Below, one piece after another: positions 20,074 through 27,396 of a stretch of 64,000 bases of DNA (position 1 is the stretch's first letter; every line of letters starts with the position of its first letter). The DNA is taken from assembly GCA_039190745.1 (NCBI GenBank), contig JBCCXZ010000010.1:1-64000 (forward strand), read 5' to 3'. A model generated the notes under the pieces. The model searched no databases. It was not told the DNA's origin and was given only the letters and a program-made list of their open reading frames with translations. This DNA comes from Planctomycetota bacterium (GTDB taxonomy: Bacteria > Planctomycetota > Planctomycetia > Pirellulales > Lacipirellulaceae). The translations under genes were made by a program, and so were the position numbers.

Positions 20074-21312
20074 ATGAAGCGACGTGTTGTCGTCACAGGC
20101 GTCGGCGCCGTGACCGGCTTGAGCTGCAAGGTGGAAGACCTGTGGCAGAAAGTGCTGGCCGGTAAGAGCGGCGTCCACAAGATCGAACACTTCGACACGA
20201 CCGACCACAAGGTGGACTTCGCCGGCGAGGTCCTCAACTGGTCGGCCGACGGGTACGTCACCCCCAAAGAGGCAAAGCGGCTCGACCGCTTCGTGCAGTT
20301 CGGGCTTGTGTCGGCGATCGACGCGGTGACCGACAGCGGGCTCGACTTCGAGAAGGAAGACGTCACCCGGTGCGGGGCCATGGTCGGCTCGGGCATCGGG
20401 GGGCTGAACGAGATCGAAGAGCAGGAGCGTCGGTTGATCCACAAGGGTCCCGACAAGGTTTCGGCGTTCACGATCCCCAAGCTGATGCTCAACGCGGCGA
20501 GCGGGCACGTCTCGATCCGCTACGGCCTGAGGGGCCCGAACCACGCGATCGCGACCGCCTGCGCCAGCGCCACCAACGCGATGGCCGACGCCTTCCGGGC
20601 GATCCAGCACAACGACGCCGACGTGATGATCACCGGCGGAAGCGAGGCGGCCCTGACGCCGATCGGGTTGTCGGGCTTTGCCAACATGAAGGCCCTCTCC
20701 ACGCGGAGCGACGCCCCGCAAGAGGCGAGCCGGCCGTTCGACGCCGACCGCGACGGGTTCGTCCTCTCCGAGGGCGCGGGCATCCTGGTGTTCGAAGAAC
20801 TCGAGCACGCCCAGAAGCGCGGCGCCAACATCTACGGCGAGGTGCTCGGCGTGGGCGCCAGCGCCGACGCGGGGCACATCACGCAGCCCGATTCCCACGG
20901 CACCGGCGCCGCGGCGGCGATGGCGGGGTCGCTGAAAGACGCGGGGATCAACCCCGACGCCATCGACTACGTGAACGCCCACGGCACGAGCACGCCGCTG
21001 GGCGACAAGGCGGAGACGACCGCCATCAAGCGTGTGTTCGAGGACCACGCCTACCAGATGAACGTCTCGAGCACCAAGAGCCACCTCGGCCACCTGCTGG
21101 GGGCGAGCGGCGGCGTCGAGGCGATCTTCTCGCTGCTAGCGATACGCGACGGCGTCTGCCCGCCGACGATCAACCTCGAGACGCCCGACCCCGAGTGCGA
21201 CCTCAACTACACGCCCAACACGCCGCAGGAGCGGTCGCTGGAGCGGGTGATGAGCAACAGCTTCGGCTTCGGCGGGCACAACGCGACGATTGTGCTTGGG
21301 AAGCTCAGCTGA
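20074..21312 (+). CDS. fabF: 3-oxoacyl-ACP synthase II
   Basis: Intact triad TACA / NAHGTST / GHLLG; NSFGFGG. Confidence 0.97.
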   Translation: MKRRVVVTGVGAVTGLSCKVEDLWQKVLAGKSGVHKIEHFDTTDHKVDFAGEVLNWSADGYVTPKEAKRLDRFVQFGLVSAIDAVTDSGLDFEKEDVTRCGAMVGSGIGGLNEIEEQERRLIHKGPDKVSAFTIPKLMLNAASGHVSIRYGLRGPNHAIATACASATNAMADAFRAIQHNDADVMITGGSEAALTPIGLSGFANMKALSTRSDAPQEASRPFDADRDGFVLSEGAGILVFEELEHAQKRGANIYGEVLGVGASADAGHITQPDSHGTGAAAAMAGSLKDAGINPDAIDYVNAHGTSTPLGDKAETTAIKRVFEDHAYQMNVSSTKSHLGHLLGASGGVEAIFSLLAIRDGVCPPTINLETPDPECDLNYTPNTPQERSLERVMSNSFGFGGHNATIVLGKLS

Positions 21313-21423
21313 TTGCGGAGTTCGGAATCGCCTGGGTGAAGCGCGCCCTTCAGGGACATATCTAGCCAGAGCCGTTCCCTGTCTTCTGAGCTGCAGCAAG
21401 CCTTCGTCGCTTTGACCGTTTTC

Positions 21424-21744
21424 TTAGGAAGCAGACTCTCGCACTGCGTTGAGGATGTCCGACACCGGCAACTCGCCTTTAGTGTTGGCCGACTTGCTCC
21501 ACACTACCTCCTGCCAGGTGTCAGGAGATTTGCGCGACTCGGACCGCTGCAACAAGTACTCGCGATCGCGACCGTCGAAGACGACCCTAAGTCGCACGCC
21601 TCCACATCGCATTGTAACGCTCCAAGAGCCGAAAGACTCGTAGGAGTATGTGTGCGCGCAGAGCTGAGCTGGTAGTCCCTTCAGTGCATCGCACAGAGTC
21701 GACATTTCCTGAAAGTGCCGAGTGGGATAGTCCAGTGCATCCAT
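21424..21744 (-). CDS. Hypothetical protein (lower-GC insert)
   Basis: MDALDYPTRHF...YESFGSWSV...VFDGRD; 106 aa; start uncertain. Confidence 0.55.
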   Translation of the reverse strand: MDALDYPTRHFQEMSTLCDALKGLPAQLCAHTYSYESFGSWSVTMRCGGVRLRVVFDGRDREYLLQRSESRKSPDTWQEVVWSKSANTKGELPVSDILNAVRESAS

Positions 21745-21911
21745 CGAGAGTGCTTGGGCTGATCGGTTAGTTATTGGTGGGGAACAGACCAGGGGTGGCA
21801 CCGACTGTCGGCCGCGAACAGAGCTGCCTCCGAACGAACTCTGTCGGCCGATTGTCGGTGTGCGCAGCGCAGGAGGCAATCCGGCTAGCCCTATGCCACG
21901 AACATGCTCAC

Positions 21912-21978
21912 GGGTGGCACTGGCGTCTCGCCAGTGCTTTCTTGCGGGTTCTGCACTGGCAAGATGCCAGTGCCACCC
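21912..21978. repeat. REP-like doublet, family B (left copy)
   Basis: GGGTGGCACTGGCGTCTCGCCAGTGC - 15 bp - GCACTGGCAAGATGCCAGTGCCACCC. Confidence 0.9.
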
Positions 21979-22006
21979 AGAAGAGACACTTCGCAGCTTC
22001 CACGGG

Positions 22007-22336
22007 CTAAGGCTCAGCCAACTCCTCAGCTTGCAGAGGCGGTTGCCCATGACCTCGGATGCGGAGGATGGTGACCTCATCGTCTTCGACCAGGTAGACG
22101 GCAAGGTAGGTGTTGCCTTGGGTCGTCTTGAATGGAGCACTGCGTAACCCCCGCCTCAGCCACGGTTCTTCTAACGCGGGGCCGTAGATCATGGGGTTCT
22201 CAGCTAGCCTCGCCTTCATCGCCTCGAACGCATCCTCCCACCGGAGTGCACCTTCCAACGACCTCTGAGCGATGTAATCAAACTGCTCTTCGAAATCTTG
22301 CGCCGCGGCAGGGTGGATGCGGACGGCGTAGCTCAC
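22007..22336 (-). CDS. RelE/ParE-family toxin
   Basis: YAVRIHPAAAQDFEEQFDYIA...LAENP..YG...VTILRIRG; GTGA overlap with the upstream small gene. Confidence 0.85.
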   Translation of the reverse strand: MSYAVRIHPAAAQDFEEQFDYIAQRSLEGALRWEDAFEAMKARLAENPMIYGPALEEPWLRRGLRSAPFKTTQGNTYLAVYLVEDDEVTILRIRGHGQPPLQAEELAEP

Positions 22337-22566
22337 TTGCCGCCTTCTGCGCGGGCCGCACGCCTTGCGGCTAAAAACTCGTCGACCGGCACGCCCCGTT
22401 CGCCGGCGTCGTAGGAAGCGAGCCGCTCTCGGAGAACCGCGATCTCGGCGGGGTCCACTTCCTTCCACTGTCGGAAGATGTCGTCGAGGGTGAGTTGGTC
22501 GCCGTGCTGCGCCGCGAGGCGTCTGGCGAACTCGGTGAATCCCTCAATTTGCTCGGTGATCGTCAT
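22333..22566 (-). CDS. Putative antitoxin
   Basis: 77 aa, coupled upstream of the toxin; C-terminal AGERGVPVDEFL resembles ParD-like partners. Confidence 0.75.
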   Translation of the reverse strand: MTITEQIEGFTEFARRLAAQHGDQLTLDDIFRQWKEVDPAEIAVLRERLASYDAGERGVPVDEFLAARRAARAEGGK

Positions 22567-22573
22567 GCAGTGA

Positions 22574-22603
22574 AGGATAACACCGAACCCATTAGAGGGT
22601 CAA
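22574..22603 (-). promoter_or_regulatory. Sigma70-like promoter of the TA pair (leaderless)
   Basis: TTGACC-18-TATCCT with extended TG, 7 nt before the ATG; overlapping palindrome ACCC-TCTAAT-GGGT. Confidence 0.55.
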
Positions 22604-22619
22604 AATAAGCCGTAATGAC

Positions 22620-22686
22620 GGGTGGCACTGGCGTCTCGCCAGTGCAGAACCCTCAGCAAAGCACTGGCAAGATGCCAGTGCCACCC
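22620..22686. repeat. REP-like doublet, family B (right copy)
   Basis: Both 26-bp arms identical to 21912-21978; spacer is roughly the reverse complement. Confidence 0.9.
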
Positions 22687-22815
22687 AGCCATCCTACGGC
22701 GTGCCTGGTTGGGGCCGCCGCCCCCCTGCTAGCACCCCGCCGTTCGGCGTTGTGACGCCCTTGCGCCGCTTCTATACTCCTCGCCCCTTATTTGGCGCCA
22801 CGTGAGGAGTGCGGT

Positions 22816-24063
22816 ATGCGAGTTCGAACCACAGCGATGTCCGCCCTGTTGATGCTGTCCGCGGCGACCGCTTCCGCGCAGTTCCCCCCATCCCAACCTG
22901 GGGCGAGCAACTGGCGTTCGGCGACCGACAACGCTGCTGGTCCCGGCAACTCACCCTTCGCGCAGCCGGCTCCGCAACAAGCGACGCAGCCGGGCAGGCA
23001 GGCCGCCGCGCCGCCGCAGCAACAGCCGCCGCAGCCCACGCGGGCCCGCGTGACGAAGGGCTCCGGCCAGTTGCCCAACGAGCACGGGCAGGTGTGGCGC
23101 GACTACGACATCACGCCCTACACGCTCCGCGTGCAGAACGCGTCGCAGCCGGAGCAGGCGATCGTCGACTGGATTCTCCGCGAGACCGGCTACGAGGCGT
23201 GGCACTCCAAGCCGCTGGGCCTGTTGAGCGCCGACACCAAGACGCTCCGAGTATACCACACGCCGCAGATGCAGTCGATTGTCGCCGACATCGTTGACCG
23301 CTTTGTGAACAGCCGCGCCGAGAGCCACAGTTTTGGGCTGCGGATTGTGACCGTCGATAACCCAAACTGGCGTGCCCGGGCGCTGCCGTTGATGACGCCT
23401 ATCCCCGTGCAGTCGCCGGGCGTGCAGGGGTGGATCCTCGCGAAGGAAGACGCGGCGTTGATGATGGCCGAGATGCGCCGCCGGGGCGACTACCGCGAGC
23501 ACAACCCGCCGCACCAGATGGTGCTCAACGGCGAGTCGCTGGTGGTCTCTTCGATGCGGAACCGCTCGTACACGAAGGGCGTGATCCGGACGCAGGCGGC
23601 CTGGCCCGGTTATCAGCCGGAGTTGGGCCAGCTCGAAGAAGGGTTCTCGCTGGAGTTCAGCCCGCTGATGTCGCTCGACTCGCGGACCACCGACGGGGTG
23701 GTGAAAGTGCGGCTGGCGCAGGTGGAGAAGATGCTTCCGGTGAAGCTGGAGGTGGCGAGCACGGTGGCGCCCAATCAGCGGACCGAGGTGCAGGTGCCTC
23801 AGATGACGCAGGTGCAGGTGCACGAGCGTTTCCGGTGGCCGACCGACCAAGTGTTGCTCTTGAGCATGGGCGTGGTGGCGACGCCGGGGCCGGCGAAGCC
23901 GAACATGCTGACCGACGTGGTGCCGATGCTAAACACGGCCCCGCGGGCCGACGCGCTGCTGTTCGTGGAGAGCAAGGGCCCGGTGGCCCCGCCGACCGCC
24001 GGCGGCGTGAGCCCCGCGGTGACGGCCAGCCGGCCGGAGCAGACCTACCACGGGCGGTACTAA
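22816..24063 (+). CDS. Secreted hypothetical protein, possibly secretin-like
   Basis: Signal peptide (ASA-Q), P/Q-rich linker and beta-rich C-terminal half. Confidence 0.7.
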   Translation: MRVRTTAMSALLMLSAATASAQFPPSQPGASNWRSATDNAAGPGNSPFAQPAPQQATQPGRQAAAPPQQQPPQPTRARVTKGSGQLPNEHGQVWRDYDITPYTLRVQNASQPEQAIVDWILRETGYEAWHSKPLGLLSADTKTLRVYHTPQMQSIVADIVDRFVNSRAESHSFGLRIVTVDNPNWRARALPLMTPIPVQSPGVQGWILAKEDAALMMAEMRRRGDYREHNPPHQMVLNGESLVVSSMRNRSYTKGVIRTQAAWPGYQPELGQLEEGFSLEFSPLMSLDSRTTDGVVKVRLAQVEKMLPVKLEVASTVAPNQRTEVQVPQMTQVQVHERFRWPTDQVLLLSMGVVATPGPAKPNMLTDVVPMLNTAPRADALLFVESKGPVAPPTAGGVSPAVTASRPEQTYHGRY

Positions 24064-24077
24064 GCGCAAGTTCTATT

Positions 24078-24150
24078 GGTGCTATGCCCACGCTCGCGTG
24101 GGCATGGCCAATCGTGGTTCTCATGCCCACGCGAGCGTGGGCATGGCACC
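24078..24150. repeat. REP-like doublet, family A
   Basis: GGTGCTATGCCCACGCTCGCGTGGGCATG...CATGCCCACGCGAGCGTGGGCATGGCACC. Confidence 0.85.
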
Positions 24151-24246
24151 GAGCCTACTGCTCTGCCTGCCTAGAGCCCGGCGTGCCGAAGCGGTAAGCT
24201 GTCGGTTTGCTCAGAAGCCGACCCGCCTCTCCCATACCGACCGGCT

Positions 24247-25554
24247 ATGCCTCCGTCTTCCGATTCCCCCCGCCGTGTTGCGATTACCGGCATCGGCGTC
24301 GTCTCGCCGATCGGCTCGTCGCTCGATGCGCTGCGCGAGGCGCTGTGGGCGGGCCAGAGCGGCGTGAAGCCGCTGGAGTGGATGGCCGAGCTGCCCGAGC
24401 GGGTCCACTACGGCGGCGAGGCTTGGGGCTTCGCCGGCAAGATCGACGACTTTGGCGATCTGCCGAAAGAGCGCAAGAAGTACATCCGCAAGGCCATCAA
24501 GCTAATGTGCCGCGAGACGGTGATGGGTTTGGCCGCGGTCGAGCACGCGATCCAGAATGCCGGCGGCGACGAAGCCCTGGGCGACCCCGAGCGGTTCGGC
24601 GTGGCCTTCGGCAGCGACTACATGCTGACGATGCCCGAGGAGTTTGAAGACAGCATGGCGAAGTGCCGCGAGAGCGGCGACTTCCGGTACGACGACTGGG
24701 GCTCGGCGGGGCTGGCGGAGATGAACCCGCTATGGATGCTGAAGTACCTGCCGAACATGCCGGCCAGCCATGTGGCGATCACCTACGACCTGCGAGGGCC
24801 GAACAATTCGCTCACGCTGCGTGAGGCGTCGGGCGTAGCGGCCGTGCGCGAGGCGGCCCAGACCATCGCCCGCGGCCACGCCGACCGGATGGTGGCCGGA
24901 GCCACCGGCACGCGGCTGCACCCATTCAAGACCGTGCACGCGGTGCAGACCGAGCAGCTGGCCGACCCAACGCTTGAGCCCGCCGAGGCGAGCCGGCCGT
25001 TTGATTCGTCCCGCACCGGCATGGTCGTCGGCGAGGGCGCCGGAGCCGTCGTGCTAGAAGAGCTGGAGTCGGCCCGGGCGCGGGGCGCGACGATCTATGG
25101 CGAGGTCATCGGCTCGGGGAGCAGTTCCGTGACCGACCGCGAGCTGCGGGGCAACCCGCGGCAGGCTTTGGAGAACGCGGCCAAGGCGGCGCTGAGAGAC
25201 GCCGGCGTCGACGCGGTGGGCCACGTCAATGCGAACGGCCTGGCGACCCCCGATGCGGATCTGCAGGAAGCGAAGGCCATCGCCGCGTCGACGGGCCGGG
25301 AAGATACGCCGGTCGTGGCGCCAAAAAGTCGATTCGGCAACCTTGGCGCCGCCAGTGGCGTGGTGGAATTAGCCTGCAGCCTGCTGGCCCTGGAGAAGGG
25401 TTCGCTCTTCCCCGCAATCAACTGTCCGACGCCTGACCCTGAGTGCCCGGTGGACGCGAGCCCCGCCGAGGGGAGCGATGCGGGGGGCTCCTTCTTAAAG
25501 CTCAGCGTGACGCCGCAGGGCCAGGCCGCGGCGGTGGTCGTGCGAGCCGTCTGA
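24247..25554 (+). CDS. Beta-ketoacyl synthase homologue lacking the catalytic triad
   Basis: RVAITGIG, ASRPFD and GEGAG are present, but TACA->LREA, NAHG->NANG and GH->GN. Confidence 0.85.
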   Translation: MPPSSDSPRRVAITGIGVVSPIGSSLDALREALWAGQSGVKPLEWMAELPERVHYGGEAWGFAGKIDDFGDLPKERKKYIRKAIKLMCRETVMGLAAVEHAIQNAGGDEALGDPERFGVAFGSDYMLTMPEEFEDSMAKCRESGDFRYDDWGSAGLAEMNPLWMLKYLPNMPASHVAITYDLRGPNNSLTLREASGVAAVREAAQTIARGHADRMVAGATGTRLHPFKTVHAVQTEQLADPTLEPAEASRPFDSSRTGMVVGEGAGAVVLEELESARARGATIYGEVIGSGSSSVTDRELRGNPRQALENAAKAALRDAGVDAVGHVNANGLATPDADLQEAKAIAASTGREDTPVVAPKSRFGNLGAASGVVELACSLLALEKGSLFPAINCPTPDPECPVDASPAEGSDAGGSFLKLSVTPQGQAAAVVVRAV

Positions 25555-25639
25555 TTGCTGACCAGTCTTGCGTGGCTGTTGGCCAGGCTTTGCCGGCTCT
25601 CCAAAGCCCTACGCGACGCTTGTTCGCCCTGTGTGGTAC

Positions 25640-25668
25640 TTGACACTCCCCCGTTAGAGTCCTAGGCT
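25640..25668 (+). promoter_or_regulatory. Sigma70-like promoter for the nusA operon
   Basis: TTGACA-17-TAGGCT. Confidence 0.6.
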
Positions 25669-25839
25669 GATGGATTCCCCGGAGGTGCTTAAGGCCTTAC
25701 GGGGCAAGGGTTTTCTGGCGTGCGACTGAAGAGCGGCCGAGGGCAGCAGCTCACGGTTCGCTCTCCTTGCGCTTGGGCCCCATACAACTCGAACAACCTG
25801 GTATGCCCGGCGGCGGGCGTAAACGCCGCGGAGACCTAC

Positions 25840-27249
25840 ATGAACGCCACCGAAGTGCTGCGGATCGTTGATGCCATCCACCGCGATAAAAACATCGACA
25901 AGGAGATCGTCTTCGAAGGGATCGAAGCCGCGCTCGTGTCGGCGACCAAGCGGCACTACGGCGAAGAGGAAGAGGTCGAGATCAGCATCGACCGCGACAG
26001 CGGCGAGATCAGCGGCACCCTGAACGGGGAGCCGCTCGATTCGGAAGAAACGGTCGGCCGCATCGGGGCCCAGACCGCCAAGCAGGTGATGATCCAGAAG
26101 ATCCGCGAGGCGGAGCGGGACGCCCTGTACGACGAGTACACCGAGCTGAGCGGCCAGATGGTCAGCGGCGTGATCCAGCGCTACGAAGGCGGCGCCGCAA
26201 CGGTAACGCTCACCAACGTCGAGGCGATCCTGCCCCGCAGCGAGCAGATCCCCGGCGAGACGCACCACGTGAACGAGCGCGTGCGGACCACCGTGTTCGA
26301 GGTCCGCAAGTCGGGCAGCCGGGTGAAGGTGATCCTCAGCCGCGCGCGGCCGCAGCTGGTGCAGCGGCTGTTCGAGCAGGAGATCCCCGAGATCATCGAC
26401 GGCGTGATCGAGATCCGGGCGATGGCCCGCGAGCCGGGCTACCGCTCGAAGGTGGCGGTGATTAGCAGCGACCAGCGGGTCGACTGCGTGGGCGCCTGCG
26501 TCGGCGTGCGGGGCAACCGGATCAAGAACATCGTCGACGAACTCGGCGGCGAGCGGATCGACATCGTCCGTTGGGACGAAGACCTGGAGGTGTTGATCCC
26601 CAACGCCCTGCAACCGGCCGAGGTTGAGCAGGTGATCCTCTGCAAGATGCTGGGCCGGGCGATCGTGCTGGTGCGGGAAGACCAGTTGTCTCTGGCGATC
26701 GGCCGCCGGGGGCAGAACGTCCGCTTGGCGAGCAAGCTCTCGGGGTGGGACATCGAGATCATGACCCAGGAAGAGCTGGCCGAGTCGATCGACCGGGCGG
26801 TGACGGGCTTCGGCGAGCTGGAAGGGCTGGAGATCGAAGTCGCGGAGAAGTTGGTCGAGGAGGGCTTCCTGAGCTACGATGACCTCTCGGTGATCGAGCC
26901 GGACGCGCTCATGGCGATGGGCAACCTGGACGAAGAGACGGTCGACAAGATTGTCGAGCAAGCCGAGAAGCTGGCCGAAGAGGCCGAGGCCGCCGCGGCC
27001 GAGGCACGCCGAGAAAAGCGAGAACGGGAGCGTTTGGCTGCGGAGGCGGAAGCCGCTCGTGAGGCCGCTGGCGAGGCGGCTGAGGGAGACGCCCCCGCTG
27101 AGGCAGGGACGTCCGATGAGGGAGACTCGCCCGCAGAAGCAGTCGGCGAAGTTGAAGAGCCGCCTGCCGCGGAAGCTCCCGCCGAGCCGGCTCCAGAACC
27201 CGCCTTGGAGGGCGAGGCCGCCGTTGAAGAAAAGAGCCCGGAGGCTTAG
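25840..27249 (+). CDS. nusA: Transcription factor NusA
   Basis: [27 protein letters not shown] and [13 protein letters not shown]. Confidence 0.98.
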   Translation: MNATEVLRIVDAIHRDKNIDKEIVFEGIEAALVSATKRHYGEEEEVEISIDRDSGEISGTLNGEPLDSEETVGRIGAQTAKQVMIQKIREAERDALYDEYTELSGQMVSGVIQRYEGGAATVTLTNVEAILPRSEQIPGETHHVNERVRTTVFEVRKSGSRVKVILSRARPQLVQRLFEQEIPEIIDGVIEIRAMAREPGYRSKVAVISSDQRVDCVGACVGVRGNRIKNIVDELGGERIDIVRWDEDLEVLIPNALQPAEVEQVILCKMLGRAIVLVREDQLSLAIGRRGQNVRLASKLSGWDIEIMTQEELAESIDRAVTGFGELEGLEIEVAEKLVEEGFLSYDDLSVIEPDALMAMGNLDEETVDKIVEQAEKLAEEAEAAAAEARREKRERERLAAEAEAAREAAGEAAEGDAPAEAGTSDEGDSPAEAVGEVEEPPAAEAPAEPAPEPALEGEAAVEEKSPEA

Positions 27250-27396
27250 GCCGGCGGGCAGTGAGTTGTTCCGGGGCGCGAGCCGCCCCGTGGTTGAGTC
27301 ACGTGTGTTGTTGGAGGACGCCGTCCATGGTTTCCTGACACAGGCATTGAACGCCGGGGCAAAGCCCGTGGGCCGCCCCGGCCCGGAGAGGTCATT

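Noticed and set aside
21912..22686. CRISPR-like repeat-spacer appearance
   Set aside because: Arms are inverted, spacers are only 15 bp and related to each other, there are two units, and no cas genes are present
25560..25839. rimP expected upstream of nusA / 40-aa N-terminal extension of NusA
   Set aside because: No RimP-like ORF; ATG 25840 follows a GGAG RBS, so the extension is probably leader
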